A DNA stretch of 64,000 nucleotides. Origin: Candidatus Latescibacterota bacterium. GTDB lineage: Bacteria > Latescibacterota > UBA2968 > GCA-2709665. The stretch lies in the NCBI GenBank assembly GCA_965205485.1, contig OZ242180.1:4960001-5024000 (forward strand), in the 5' to 3' direction. Shown in pieces: positions 29,194-40,241 of this stretch; position 1 is the first letter of the stretch, and each line of letters opens with the position of its first letter. A program made the translations under genes and the position numbers. Under the pieces are notes generated by a model. The model was given only the letters and a program-made list of their open reading frames with translations, was not told the origin of the DNA and searched no databases.

Positions 29194-31065
29194 TTACGGT
29201 ATTTCCCAGCTGTAGAGGTGGGAGTCGCTGGTGAAATAGATACGCCCGTCGAGCCAGTCTCCTCCATTGCTGACAGGCACCGGGGAAACGGCGCACATTT
29301 CGATGGCGTTCGTGCCGCTTTCGATACGGCTGATGCCCTTTTCGAAAAGAACGTAAACAGTATCGTCGGGAGCGGTCACGAAGACGCGCGGCCCCTGCTG
29401 GTGCGCCGTCAGTCCGTACGTCCGCTCCGTTTCTTCCTGATGGACGACTTTGCGCGTTTCGGGGCAAAACACGAAATATCGTGCCCGGTCGACAAAGCCG
29501 TACACGAGACCGTCCCGCCCGATGCACAGGTCCGTGAATTCCTGCGCCCCTGGGAAGAGGACGTCGCGCCATTCCAGTTCCCTGGTTTCCATATCCAGAA
29601 TGTAGAGTTCCGCTTCCGTCGCCTTCTGCTCGCCCCCCGTCCCGGGGCTTGTTGTCGTTCCGCCCAGGAGCTTCCTCCCGGGAAGCGCGGCGAGGCTCGC
29701 CGTGGCGTGGTCCGGCAACACGTCGGTGTGTTCCAGCAGGGTCCCGGTTCGCCTCTCACAGTTCCAGATAAGGAGCCCGCCGCCCGTATAGCCGTAGCCG
29801 GGGGTCCCCGCCACCACCAGGGTGTTGCCGTCGGGATGTGCGAGCAGCTTGTGCGGGCGATGCATCGTGGGCGTACAGGTCCGGTGGAAAAAGGGGTTTG
29901 AAGCCGGGTTCTCCTTATCGGTTGTCACCCACGGTTGGAACGGGTCCCACTCCAGCAGCGCGCCGCTGCCGTAACCGCCAACGAAGAACCGGTCGCCCTG
30001 GCGGCCCACCGTATTCCACTGGCCGAAACTCTCACGCTCGATCCACGCGTCAGTTTCGGGACGATAGCTGAACGTGCGCCGCGGGAAGAACGTGCCGCCG
30101 CAGATGGTGCCGTCCGGCGCGGCGGCGACACCCATGATGTGCGCGCCTTCGCTGGTGTAATCGAACGACACGTCCGGCGATCGTTTGCCGTCGGGATCCT
30201 GCACCGATAACACGCGGTCGACGAGGCAGCATTTCAGGAGTTCGCTCCCGTCCGGAAAATGCGGATGGACGTGCCCGGCATCTCCCGCGATATATCGCTT
30301 TTCGCGCAGTTCCCGCCGGGGTACGGCCTTGCGTTCGCCCCGATAGAGTTCGTACCATGTCTCCACATCCGGGTTGTCGCCGGGCCACGGGGTTCCGGTT
30401 GGAGGCAGAGCATAGACCTTGCCGTTGAGGTCCCTGTAGACGGATGCGCTTCCCCGCGACCGTTCGTCTTCCGCGAGGATCGTTGTTGCCGTTTTTGATT
30501 TCCGGTCGAAAGCGATGACCTGGCAAAGCGTCGTACCGATGCCGAAGTAGACCCAGCCGGTGTCGTCGGTGGCAAGGGTTGTGGGATACTGCCGCCAGTT
30601 CTGCATGTGCAGGTGTCCATAGTCCCTGAATTCACCGTTCTTCGGATCGTACGACGCGAGCCCACTCTGGGGATAGGTTGACGACCAGATCACGCCCGTG
30701 TCGTCTTCGGTCAGTCCCATCGCCATGCGTGGCGCCGTCTGGTGACAGAACGTGTAGTCCATCCCATTAACGTCGAACTCCACGAACCAGCCGTTGAAGT
30801 GCGTGTAGAAGCAATTTCGGCTGGACAGTAGAGACGCGTACGGGCAATCGCCGCCGGGAGGAAATGGCACCGGAAATTCCCGGCTCTCGCCGGTTGCGGC
30901 GTCGATGACCAGCAGCGCGTATCCGCCGCGATGGTCGAACAGCCAGACCAGGACGACGTTCCGGCCGTCTCCGGCGGCAGCCGCAACCGTGCCTCTCGGG
31001 TGGCTGCTCCGGGTGGCGGGGCCGTGATGGCGGAAATTATCCGCGAGAATCCGTGTCGATCTCAT
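29194..31065 (-). CDS. Large beta-propeller hypothetical protein
   Basis: Repeated strand/turn units (DG...YG) throughout; no catalytic motif recognised. Confidence 0.7.
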   Translation of the reverse strand: MRSTRILADNFRHHGPATRSSHPRGTVAAAAGDGRNVVLVWLFDHRGGYALLVIDAATGESREFPVPFPPGGDCPYASLLSSRNCFYTHFNGWFVEFDVNGMDYTFCHQTAPRMAMGLTEDDTGVIWSSTYPQSGLASYDPKNGEFRDYGHLHMQNWRQYPTTLATDDTGWVYFGIGTTLCQVIAFDRKSKTATTILAEDERSRGSASVYRDLNGKVYALPPTGTPWPGDNPDVETWYELYRGERKAVPRRELREKRYIAGDAGHVHPHFPDGSELLKCCLVDRVLSVQDPDGKRSPDVSFDYTSEGAHIMGVAAAPDGTICGGTFFPRRTFSYRPETDAWIERESFGQWNTVGRQGDRFFVGGYGSGALLEWDPFQPWVTTDKENPASNPFFHRTCTPTMHRPHKLLAHPDGNTLVVAGTPGYGYTGGGLLIWNCERRTGTLLEHTDVLPDHATASLAALPGRKLLGGTTTSPGTGGEQKATEAELYILDMETRELEWRDVLFPGAQEFTDLCIGRDGLVYGFVDRARYFVFCPETRKVVHQEETERTYGLTAHQQGPRVFVTAPDDTVYVLFEKGISRIESGTNAIEMCAVSPVPVSNGGDWLDGRIYFTSDSHLYSWEIP

Positions 31066-31269
31066 GCCTCTACCTCATGTTGACAATCGGGTGTGTTTCT
31101 CGCTCCAGGGTAATGCAGACCTGTGGTCGATTACGGCCGGAGGACAGCAACGGGTATCATGCGCGCGGCATGAACAAATGTCAATCGAAATGAGGAAGTC
31201 CGGCGTCCGGAGCGAACACAGGAACCAACGGACGGTTGAGTTCAAGTCTATCGAATGGGAGGTTTTCGC

Positions 31270-32058
31270 ATGGATATGGGATTGAAGGACAGGGTGGCGA
31301 TCGTCGGGGGCGCGAGCCGCGGCCTGGGGAAGGGGTGCGCGATGGCGCTTGCCCGGGAGGGCGCGCGCGTCGCCGTCTGCGCGAGGAACGAGGGTCGTTT
31401 GGAGGCTGCCGCCGCGGAGATCCGGGACCTTACTGGATCGGACGTGCTAACCGTGGTCGGAGACCTCTCCGTTGAGGAGACCGTTGATCGACTGACCCGG
31501 GAAACCGTGGAGGCGTTTGGCGGTATCGATATCCTCGTGAACAACTCCGGAGGTCCGGCCGCGATGCCTTTCGCGGACGTAACGGAAGCGATGTGGCGGG
31601 AATATACGGACCTGATCCTGAACTACGTACTTCGGATGTGCAGGCGAGTCGTTCCGCTGATGCAGGCAAGGGGCGGCGGCAGGATCATCAACCTGTGCGC
31701 GTTCGCCGTCAAGCAGCCGGCCGGAAATACGGTATCGAACGTGTTGCGGACGGCGGTTGTGGGCGCTGCCAGGACCCTCGCGAACGAATACGCGCAAGAC
31801 CGGATACTTGTGAACAACGTGTGTACGGGGTTTATCGATACCGAACTGCTGCGGGAGGAATTCGAGGAAGCCGCAAGGGCGAATGGAACTTCGGTCCGGG
31901 ACGAGATGCAGCCGCTGGTCGAAGAGATACCGCTCGGCCGCCTCGGGACCGTGGAGGAACTATCGGATTACGTCGTGTTCCTGGCGTCGGAGCGCTCGAG
32001 CTACATAACCGGCACGTCGCTGCAGGTGGACGGGGGATTTGTCAGGTCGCTTTTGTAA
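31270..32058 (+). CDS. SDR family oxidoreductase
   Basis: [22 protein letters not shown] (atypical catalytic motif), ITG..LQVDGG. Confidence 0.9.
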   Translation: MDMGLKDRVAIVGGASRGLGKGCAMALAREGARVAVCARNEGRLEAAAAEIRDLTGSDVLTVVGDLSVEETVDRLTRETVEAFGGIDILVNNSGGPAAMPFADVTEAMWREYTDLILNYVLRMCRRVVPLMQARGGGRIINLCAFAVKQPAGNTVSNVLRTAVVGAARTLANEYAQDRILVNNVCTGFIDTELLREEFEEAARANGTSVRDEMQPLVEEIPLGRLGTVEELSDYVVFLASERSSYITGTSLQVDGGFVRSLL

Positions 32059-32097
32059 CCGGATGCCTCGTGAAGTCCACGGCCGGTTCCAGTCTGT

Positions 32098-33282
32098 CTA
32101 AGGCAGTGCCGTCAGAAACCTGGACGCCGGCAGGACACGGACGCCTGTATTGCGGTCCAGGTAATCGACTGTGTCAGACAGTGCGACGACGTATCTCTGT
32201 TTGACGTTCAGGAGATCCGCAAAACGAACGAGATGCGCGTGGCTTCGGGGTGCGGTCAGCTTGCACTCAACCAGGAACCACGGTTTGTCATTCCACAGAA
32301 CCACAAAGTCCACTTCACGTTTTTCACGGTCTCGCAATAGACGCAGTTCAGCCTTTATCCCTTCGGCATCCCAAAGGAAATGGCAGAATTTAAGGAGATG
32401 GGAGGCGACGAGATTCTCGAATCGGGCGCCTTCATCGGCAACCTCGGACCAGTCCCACAGATAATATTTGGCCGCTTTTTTCACCGCCCGTTCGATGCGA
32501 CGGTGATATGGAGCGACGGGAAAGGTATAGTAGTTCCGGCACAGCAGGTCCACCCAGGTCCGAACCGTGTGCGGGCTGACTTCCAGGTCTTCGGAAATTG
32601 CATTCAACGAGAGCGGCGACCCGACGCGTTTCGGCATCATCGCACCCAGAAGTTCGATATGGGACAGCGACCTGACGACGGTCGTGTCCCGTATGTCTTC
32701 CCTGAAGACCCGTTCGAACCGTTCCTGAAGCCAGCGGCGGTGTGTCCGCGACCGTCCCGAGAGACACGGCTCGGGGAAACCGCCGTATGCCATTAGATGA
32801 CGGACGGTGTCTGAAGGGGCTTTCCCGAATGTCAATTCGAAAGGTTCAGCCGGGTCGCTTTTTTTCCGACCGCCTTCAAGTTCGGAAGCGGTAAACGGGT
32901 GGAGCCGGTACAGGTGGTATCGTCCAAGGAGTGAGTCGCCGCCTCGACGGTATGTGTCCAGCCTGGAACTTCCGGTTACGATGATCCGTTCGTTGTTCCG
33001 TCTCGTGTCCCAGATGCCCTTGATGAGTCCTTTCCAGCGATCGAACTTGTGAAGTTCGTCGAAGACGAGAATCTGACTGTCGGGGTCCCATTCCTGCCGG
33101 AGAATCCGTTCCCGATGGGTTCGATTATCCCAGTTCAGATATACACTGCTTGAATAGCGCCTCGCCAGCAGCGTAGCGAGCGTTGTCTTTCCCACCTGGC
33201 GTGGCCCGGCGACGGAGACCATCCTGTTGTCCAGATCGCCGTCCACAGCGGTCTCGAGGTACCTGGATCTCAGTTCAGCCAT
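32098..33282 (-). CDS. AAA_14 ATPase with DUF4143 / PD-(D/E)xK C-terminus
   Basis: GPRQVGKT, FDELH, VTGSS, GGFP, FENLV, REVDF...VECK. Confidence 0.9.
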   Translation of the reverse strand: MAELRSRYLETAVDGDLDNRMVSVAGPRQVGKTTLATLLARRYSSSVYLNWDNRTHRERILRQEWDPDSQILVFDELHKFDRWKGLIKGIWDTRRNNERIIVTGSSRLDTYRRGGDSLLGRYHLYRLHPFTASELEGGRKKSDPAEPFELTFGKAPSDTVRHLMAYGGFPEPCLSGRSRTHRRWLQERFERVFREDIRDTTVVRSLSHIELLGAMMPKRVGSPLSLNAISEDLEVSPHTVRTWVDLLCRNYYTFPVAPYHRRIERAVKKAAKYYLWDWSEVADEGARFENLVASHLLKFCHFLWDAEGIKAELRLLRDREKREVDFVVLWNDKPWFLVECKLTAPRSHAHLVRFADLLNVKQRYVVALSDTVDYLDRNTGVRVLPASRFLTALP

Positions 33283-33283
33283 A

Positions 33284-33347
33284 TGACAAATTTGCACTAA
33301 GCTGCAAAAAAGTCAAGACAATTTTGCAATTGACTGCAAAATTGTCA
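33284..33347. promoter_or_regulatory. Two abutting 32-bp palindromic operators
   Basis: TGAC-N5-TGCA-N6-TGCA-N5-GTCA at 33284-33315 and 33316-33347 (second copy starts AGAC). Confidence 0.65.
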
Positions 33348-33494
33348 ATACACTGAATCACGCCTTTGCGCGGCACAAATTGTCAGTTTACGCCGGCCGT
33401 CAATGGGTTTTGTCTGGCGGGTAATGGTCCCTTTGTTACGCCGGAGTCGAAGGTTCGTCGACCGTCGCGCAAACTGACAGTTTGCGGCATCGAT

Positions 33495-36400
33495 TCAGTC
33501 GTCCCCCGTTTCCGGCGCGACGTCCCGCCGGTCGGCCGGCTGACGGCGGAACAGAGCGGACACGGCGTGCCTGATGTCTTCCAGGATGGCATAGGTGACG
33601 GGAACGAGAATCAGGATGACGGCGGTTCCGAAGATGACGCCGAATCCCAGAGAGGTCGCCATGGGGATGAGCAGTTGCGCCTGCAGGCTCCTTTCGAAAA
33701 GCAACGGGGTCAGGCCGGCAAACGTCGTGAGGGACGTCAGAAGGATGGGCCGGAAACGCGCCATTCCGGACTCCCGAATGGCCTCCTGCAGGCCCTTGCC
33801 CTCCTTGCGCCGGCGGTTGATGAAGTCCACCATCACCAGGCTGTCGTTAATGACCACGCCGGATAGCGCGACCAGCCCGAAGACCGACAGAATGGTGAGG
33901 TTGAGGCCCATGATGATATGCCCCAGCACGGCGCCGACGAATCCGAAGGGGATCACGGCCATGATGATGAGCGGCTGAAGGTAGGAGCGGAAGGGAATCG
34001 CGAGCAGGCCGAAGATCACGAAGAGGGCCATGCCGAAGCTCCGCGACAGGCCCTCCATGGTCTCCTGCTGCTCCCTCTGTTCTCCCTCGAGGCTGAACCG
34101 GACGCGCGGGTGGTCGGAAACGATCGCCGGCAGGACGTTTGCGGTGACGTCCGCGAGGATTTCGTTGGCGTTGGCTCTGCCCTCATCCACGTCCGCGGTG
34201 ACGCTGACGATGCGCTGTCGGTCGGTGCGGCGGATGGCGGCGTACCCCCGCCCCGGTTCCGTCCGCGCGGCGACCGAAAAGGGCACTTCCACGCCTTCCG
34301 GGGTGCGCAATCGCATGGTCTCGAGGTTGTTCATCGACCGTCGTTCGCTTTCGGGATAGCGGACCATCACCCGAACGTCGTCCCTTCCTCTCTGGATACG
34401 CTGCGCTTCCTCGCCATAGAACGCCTGCCTGACCTGACGCGCCAGGTCGGACATGGTCAGGCCGAGCAGGCGCGCTTCTTCGGTGAGCGCAAGTTTCACT
34501 TCCTTCTTGCCGGGCCGAAACGAGTCGGCGATGTCCAGGACACCCGGGTACTCGGCAAGCCTGGTCTTGAGTTTTTCCGCGGCGGCGCGGAGTTCGGCGT
34601 AGTCCGGACCGGTAAGCTGGATGTTGATCGGTTCGCCCACGGAAAAGAGCGACGAGGCGAAAGTGAGTTCCGTTGCATCGGGAATCGGGCCGGCAAGCTC
34701 ACGCCAGCGTCTGGCGATTTCGATGCTGCTGATGCTCCGCTCCTCGGCCGGCGTGAGCTCGATGTTGACTTCACCGAGATGCGCGCCGGAATAGGAGGCG
34801 TTGCGTCCGCGGTTCTCACGCTGAGCCGCGCGCAGGGGCTGGTCCCCCACCAGTGCGAGCATATGCGTGAAGACTTTCTCGTCTGTTTCCGATTCCAGTT
34901 CCCGCTGTAACCGGATCGCGGACGACTCCAGCCGCCGCACGACCCGGGCGGTGACCTCGGCGGGCGTGCCCTGGGGCATGGTCAGGATCGCCGCCACGTT
35001 GTCCGCCGGGACCTGGGGAAGAAACACGAAGCCGATCCAGCCTCCGAGGATGAGCCCGGCCGTAAGGGTCAGCGCGGCCACCCCCACGGACGCGCTCAGG
35101 TACCTCCACGCCAGGCATTTATCCAGAAACGGACGGTAGAACTCGTGAATAATCCAATCAAGGCGGGATGAAAACCCGTCTCGAAACCGACGCAGCAGTC
35201 CGCCGATGCGGCTGGTCGTCTTCTTTCTCCCGCGCAGTTTGGCGTGCGCCAGGTGCGCGGGCAGAATGAACAGGGATTCAACGAGCGAAAAAACCAGCGT
35301 CAGAATGACGATCTCCGGGATCAGCCTCATGATCTTGCCGGAGGTGCCGGGGACCATCAGCAGGGGCGAAAACGCGGCGATTGACGTGAGTATCGCAAAG
35401 GTGACCGGCACGGCCACTTCCTGGGCGCCCGCGATGGCGCCGCGCAGGCCGCGCTCACCCTGCTGGAACCTCCTGTAGATGTTTTCACCGACGACAATGG
35501 CGTCGTCGACGACGATACCGAGTACCACGATGAACGCAAAAAGCGAGATCAGGTTGATGGAGGCGCCGATGGTCGGCATCATCGCGATCGCGCCGAGAAA
35601 GGAGATGGGGATGCCCAGGGCGATCCAGAAGGCCAGGCGGAGCCTGAGGAACAACGCCAGGATGACGAGGACGAGGATGAAACCCCCGCGTCCGTTCTTC
35701 AGCATCAGGTTGAGCCGGCCCTCGAGGATCCTGGAGAAATCCGAGTAGACGGTAAGTGAAATGCCTTCGGGCATGCGGGATTCCGCCGACTCGATGTACT
35801 CCTTGACTTTACGGGAGATGTCCAGCGCGTCCTGTTCACCCACACGGAAGACCTGCACCAGAACGCCCGGTTCCTGGTCGAACCTGCCCGAAATGTCCGC
35901 GTCGGCGAATCCGTCCACGACCGTGGCCACGTCCCCTACGGTGAGCGCGGCGCCGTCCGGCCGCGTGCGCAAGACGATGCTCTCGAAGGCCGCGCCACGG
36001 TAGGCCTGCCCCTTTGTCCGCAGCAGAATTTCGCCGCCCTCCGTCTTGATGGCCCCTCCGGGCAGGTCGAGCGAGGACCGGCGCACCGCCCTGACGACTT
36101 CGTCGAAAGTGAGGTTGAAGCGCCGGAGCGCCGCTTCCGAGACTTCAATGGAGACCTCGTACGGACGCGCGCCGCTCAGTTCCGCCTGGGTGATCCCCGG
36201 GATGGCGGTGATCTCGTCCCGGACCTGTTCGCCCAGGTACTTCAGGGTGGTCTCGTCGGCGTCGCCCGATACGGCCACGTTGATCACCTGGCGGCGCAGG
36301 ACCACTTCCTGGATGACCGGTTGTTCGGTTTCGTCCGGGAACGTGTCAATTGCATCGACGGCTGACTTGACGTCCTCCAGGACTCTGCGCGCATCGGTGC

Positions 36401-36695
36401 CGGGTACAAGCTCGATATTCACGCTGCCCCGGTTTTCCGATGCCGTCGAACGGATGCGCTTGATGCCTTCGATACTCTGAACGGCCTCTTCGATCCGCAC
36501 GCATACGCCCTCTTCCACCTCCTCGGGCGCCGCCCCCCGGTAAATGACGGAGACCGAGACGACGTCAGCGGAAAACTCCGGAAAGATCTCAAGCTCGATG
36601 CCGCCGATGGTAATCAGCCCGCTGGCCAGGATGACGACCATGAGCAGATTGGCAGCAACGCTGTTTTCGGCGAACCAGGCGATTGCGCGATTCAT
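33495..36695 (-). CDS. RND efflux permease (AcrB/AcrD/AcrF family)
   Basis: 1066 aa; LGIVVDDAIVVGE, RFRPILLTSLTT. Confidence 0.95.
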   Translation of the reverse strand: MNRAIAWFAENSVAANLLMVVILASGLITIGGIELEIFPEFSADVVSVSVIYRGAAPEEVEEGVCVRIEEAVQSIEGIKRIRSTASENRGSVNIELVPGTDARRVLEDVKSAVDAIDTFPDETEQPVIQEVVLRRQVINVAVSGDADETTLKYLGEQVRDEITAIPGITQAELSGARPYEVSIEVSEAALRRFNLTFDEVVRAVRRSSLDLPGGAIKTEGGEILLRTKGQAYRGAAFESIVLRTRPDGAALTVGDVATVVDGFADADISGRFDQEPGVLVQVFRVGEQDALDISRKVKEYIESAESRMPEGISLTVYSDFSRILEGRLNLMLKNGRGGFILVLVILALFLRLRLAFWIALGIPISFLGAIAMMPTIGASINLISLFAFIVVLGIVVDDAIVVGENIYRRFQQGERGLRGAIAGAQEVAVPVTFAILTSIAAFSPLLMVPGTSGKIMRLIPEIVILTLVFSLVESLFILPAHLAHAKLRGRKKTTSRIGGLLRRFRDGFSSRLDWIIHEFYRPFLDKCLAWRYLSASVGVAALTLTAGLILGGWIGFVFLPQVPADNVAAILTMPQGTPAEVTARVVRRLESSAIRLQRELESETDEKVFTHMLALVGDQPLRAAQRENRGRNASYSGAHLGEVNIELTPAEERSISSIEIARRWRELAGPIPDATELTFASSLFSVGEPINIQLTGPDYAELRAAAEKLKTRLAEYPGVLDIADSFRPGKKEVKLALTEEARLLGLTMSDLARQVRQAFYGEEAQRIQRGRDDVRVMVRYPESERRSMNNLETMRLRTPEGVEVPFSVAARTEPGRGYAAIRRTDRQRIVSVTADVDEGRANANEILADVTANVLPAIVSDHPRVRFSLEGEQREQQETMEGLSRSFGMALFVIFGLLAIPFRSYLQPLIIMAVIPFGFVGAVLGHIIMGLNLTILSVFGLVALSGVVINDSLVMVDFINRRRKEGKGLQEAIRESGMARFRPILLTSLTTFAGLTPLLFERSLQAQLLIPMATSLGFGVIFGTAVILILVPVTYAILEDIRHAVSALFRRQPADRRDVAPETGDD

Positions 36696-37951
36696 CCGGC
36701 GCCTCCTTCAGACCGCGACGGTGACGTCTCTTCCGGTTCGAGGATGCGTACCTGCATGCCCTCCACGACGGCGTCCAGCGTGGATATGCAGACCCGCTCA
36801 CCTCCGTCGAGGCCGGAACGGATAAGGGCGTTCTCTGCTTCGAGCCTCAACAGATCGACGCCGCGAAAGCGCAGCCGGCTGTCCTCGTCGATGACGAGAA
36901 CCTGGTCGGCGCCCCTGAGGGCAGTTCGGGGTACGACTGCGACGTCCATCGCGACGCGTCCGAGGATTTCAACCTCCACAAACAGCCCGGCGAAGAGGGG
37001 CGCGCGGCCCGGGTCGTCACCCTTATCGTACGGCGCGACGACGCGGGCGACCAGATTGACCATCCGCGTGCGGGCGTCAATCTCCCCTTCAATACGAACG
37101 ATTTCTCCCTCCCACGTGTGCGGGGCCCCGGCGAAGACCGCATGGACCAGCGCTTTCGGGCGGGAGGCGGGATCGAGTTCGCTGCGGGCGTTATAGACCA
37201 GGTTCAGATAGGCGAGTTGCTCGTGCGGCACGGGCAGGCGGATCTCGGCGTAGTCCACGGCGTAGATGCGGGCGACGGGCGCGCCGGGATTGACGTATTG
37301 TCCCAGGTCCACGATCTTGGACAGCACCCGGCCTTCGTACGGCGCTTTGATGCGGGTCCGGTCGAGCGCGAGCCGGGCCTGTTCCTGGGATGCCCGCGCG
37401 GCCTGCAGGGCGGCCCGGGCGTCTTCCAGCTGGGGTTTCCTGAGCGCCAGGTCCGTGGCTTCGCCGTTGCCCAGGCGCTGCCATTCCTGCCGGGCGAGTT
37501 CGGCTTCTTCCTCCTCACGCGCCAGCCGCACCCTGGCCTGCGCGACCACCGCTCTTGCGCGGTCGACCGCGAGTTCATAGTCGCGCGGGTCGACGGCGAG
37601 CAGGACGTCACCGGCCTTGAAGAAGCCGCCGTTCGCAAAAGCCGGAGAGACGGTGATGATCTGGCCGGCGACCTGTGAAACAAGGCTGGTCTTCGTACGC
37701 GGCGCAACCGTGCCCTGTGCGTTAACCGTCAGCTGGACATTCCTGATTTCGACCGGCATCGCCCGTACCAGCGGAGGCGGTACTTTCGGCGGCGCCACCA
37801 CGACTTCGGACCTTGCGCTGATGAGGACGTACGCGCAAAGCATCCCGAATGCAACCACCGCAACGGGGAGCAACGCCTTCGGATGCCGCCGAATCCAGCC
37901 GGGCGTGCGCGCTTTGTCCGGATTCCTGCTCTTCAACGGTCTGATGCTCAT
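36692..37951 (-). CDS. RND periplasmic adaptor subunit
   Basis: N-terminal TM, VAGQI...GD.L, L.RT.IKAPYEG. Confidence 0.92.
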   Translation of the reverse strand: MSIRPLKSRNPDKARTPGWIRRHPKALLPVAVVAFGMLCAYVLISARSEVVVAPPKVPPPLVRAMPVEIRNVQLTVNAQGTVAPRTKTSLVSQVAGQIITVSPAFANGGFFKAGDVLLAVDPRDYELAVDRARAVVAQARVRLAREEEEAELARQEWQRLGNGEATDLALRKPQLEDARAALQAARASQEQARLALDRTRIKAPYEGRVLSKIVDLGQYVNPGAPVARIYAVDYAEIRLPVPHEQLAYLNLVYNARSELDPASRPKALVHAVFAGAPHTWEGEIVRIEGEIDARTRMVNLVARVVAPYDKGDDPGRAPLFAGLFVEVEILGRVAMDVAVVPRTALRGADQVLVIDEDSRLRFRGVDLLRLEAENALIRSGLDGGERVCISTLDAVVEGMQVRILEPEETSPSRSEGGAG

Positions 37952-37954
37952 ATT

Positions 37955-39397
37955 CTACAGTCCTTCCTTTTGCGTTACAGATATTGTCGCGGCCGCTCTG
38001 GGAGGGCCCGGGAAACCCCCGCCCAGGGCGAGGTGCAGGTTGACCCGGTTCTCCAGGCGCTGCCGACGCACCGAGATGAGCTGGCTTTCGGAGGCGTAAG
38101 CCCCGCGCTGGGCGTCCAGCATCGTGTTCAGGTCAACCAACCCGCCCGCGTACCTGTCCTCTGCCAGGCGGCGCGCGGCGAGGGCCTGTTGGGTTGCGGT
38201 TTCAAGCGCCGCCTGTCGTCTGGCCAGAAGGCTTTCCGCCGCCAGCGCGGTCTCGACTTCGGCATAGGCCGACAGGACGCTTTGAACGTATGCGGAGACG
38301 GCCTGTTCGGATTGTGAAGCGGCCAACTGGATGCTCCCGCGAATCCGTCCGCCCTGAAAGAGCGGTTGCAGGATATTGCCGGCCAGGTTCCACACGCTGA
38401 AGTCGCCGTCGAGAAGATCTTTAAGGTCTCTGGTGCTGGTGCCCGCGGATCCCGTTAGGCTGATGCGGGGATACAGCGCTCGCCTGGCCTCCTTGTATCG
38501 GGCGTAGGACGCCGCCAGCCTGCGTTCCGCCGCCATCAGGTCCGGCCTGCGGGACACCAGGTTGGCGGGAAGGCCGGCGGGTATTGCTTCCGGAAGTTTA
38601 GGAAGAGTCCTGCCGGGGGTGAGCGCGGCGGCGGGATACCGGCCCAGAAGGACTTCGAGTTGGCGCCGGGTGGCGTCCAGAATGAGCAGGCGCTGCTGAA
38701 GGACGGCCTCGGCGCCCGCCAGGTCCGAAAGCGCGCGGCGCAGATCGAGTGCGTGTCTCAAACCCCTCCTGTATCGTTCCCGTACGACTTCGCTTGACGT
38801 TCTGAAGTTCCTTACCGTGGCTTCCGAAAGTTCGACCTGCCTGCGCGCTTCCACGGCGGCGAACCAGGTCTTGGCGGTCTGTCCCGCCAGCGAGAGCCGC
38901 GCGCCCCTGTGATCCGCTCGCGCGGCCTGGGCGTCGGCCAGAGCAGCGGACGCGCCGGCGCCCAGACGGTTCCAGAGATCGAGTTCCCAGGACACGTCCA
39001 GGGAGAGTCCGAAGCTGCTTGACGTTGACGTCAGAACGCCGTTCCCGGAACCGGGGATGGGCAGGCCTATGAAATTCTGTTTGCGGCGGGACCCGCTCAC
39101 TCGGCCTCCGGCATCGGGATACAGAGGGGCGCCGGCGATTTTCGCCCGTGCCGCGGCCGCGCGTACCCTGGCGGCGGAGGCGTGCAGGTTGTGGTTTCTC
39201 GCCAGCGCTTCGGCAACCAGGCCGGTCAGCGTCTCGTCATCGAAGGAACGCCACCAGAGCGTGTCCGCGGGCGTGGCGCCGGCTTTACCTGCCGCCCAGC
39301 GTTCCGGAATGGTGACGTCGACGTCCGGTGGGTTCACCTGCGGGGCCGCGGCGCAGGCCGCAAGCAGCAGGGAGAGAATGGAAAGAACCGGTCTCAA
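37955..39397 (-). CDS. NodT/OprM-type outer-membrane efflux lipoprotein
   Basis: Lipobox LLAAC, WW..F.D..L, SWELDLW, RRPD...AE, ALGGG; TTG start overlaps TetR stop. Confidence 0.92.
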   Translation of the reverse strand: MRPVLSILSLLLAACAAAPQVNPPDVDVTIPERWAAGKAGATPADTLWWRSFDDETLTGLVAEALARNHNLHASAARVRAAAARAKIAGAPLYPDAGGRVSGSRRKQNFIGLPIPGSGNGVLTSTSSSFGLSLDVSWELDLWNRLGAGASAALADAQAARADHRGARLSLAGQTAKTWFAAVEARRQVELSEATVRNFRTSSEVVRERYRRGLRHALDLRRALSDLAGAEAVLQQRLLILDATRRQLEVLLGRYPAAALTPGRTLPKLPEAIPAGLPANLVSRRPDLMAAERRLAASYARYKEARRALYPRISLTGSAGTSTRDLKDLLDGDFSVWNLAGNILQPLFQGGRIRGSIQLAASQSEQAVSAYVQSVLSAYAEVETALAAESLLARRQAALETATQQALAARRLAEDRYAGGLVDLNTMLDAQRGAYASESQLISVRRQRLENRVNLHLALGGGFPGPPRAAATISVTQKEGL

Positions 39398-40038
39398 GTT
39401 GGATCTCCGTTGGGAGCGGCGGCGCGAAGGCCGGCTGCGAGAAACGCGACGAGGCGCCTGATGTTGTTTTCGATGTCGGACGGATCGCACAGGCCGCCGG
39501 TCCGTCGCGGGATGATGTGTCTCCCCATCAGCGGCATGCTGATGCAGCCGACCATGAAGAAAAACCGCCAGAGCAGGTCGGTCGAGGACAGGTGGGGAAG
39601 ACTGCGGGCAAGGGCGGACGTAAAGCGCTGAAAGACTTCGGCGAACTGTTCGGTAATTCTGTACCCCAGGTCTCCAGGTTCGGAATAGAGCCTTCCGATG
39701 AGCAGCATGAAATTCTCGCCACCGCCCGCGGGGTCGTACGCAAGCCGCATCGCGGGCGCTACGAAGGCATTTACGATGCCTTCAATGGAGGGCGCGTCTC
39801 CGGCGGCCGATTCTTCGGCATCGAGAAGGCGGCACCGTTCCCGGTTCAGAGGTTCCAGCCTCCGGGCGAAAACCGCTTCGATAAGCGCTTCTTTGGAGCC
39901 GAAGTGGTAGTGTACGGAGGCCAGGTTTGCGGACGCCTCGGAAGTTATGGCGCGCAGGGACGTGGCCGCGATTCCGTGTTCGGCAAACAACTGCTCGGCA
40001 GCGTTGAGCAAGCGGTCGTGGGTGTCGGACGGGTTCAT
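39394..40038 (-). CDS. TetR-family regulator (PsrA-like)
   Basis: LLNAAEQLFAE.G...TSLRAIT..A.ANLASVHYHFGSKE. Confidence 0.9.
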   Translation of the reverse strand: MNPSDTHDRLLNAAEQLFAEHGIAATSLRAITSEASANLASVHYHFGSKEALIEAVFARRLEPLNRERCRLLDAEESAAGDAPSIEGIVNAFVAPAMRLAYDPAGGGENFMLLIGRLYSEPGDLGYRITEQFAEVFQRFTSALARSLPHLSSTDLLWRFFFMVGCISMPLMGRHIIPRRTGGLCDPSDIENNIRRLVAFLAAGLRAAAPNGDPT

Positions 40039-40061
40039 GAACTCACACGGCTGATGACCAA

Positions 40062-40099
40062 TTTCAAACAAACGTATGTTTTAAACGAACGTTTTAAAA
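40062..40099. promoter_or_regulatory. Tandem PsrA-like operator boxes
   Basis: caaac-aaac-gtatg and taaac-gaac-gtttt just upstream of tetR. Confidence 0.5.
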
Positions 40100-40241
40100 A
40101 TACTGATCCATGTGACGCATGTCAAGTAGTTTCTTGTTCTCCGATGGTCATGGTGTCCCACACCTGACCGGAATCGTCGTATCCGGGGTATTTCACATAG
40201 GAACTGGGATCTTCTCCTCTTCCCGGCACGATCCACGAAGA

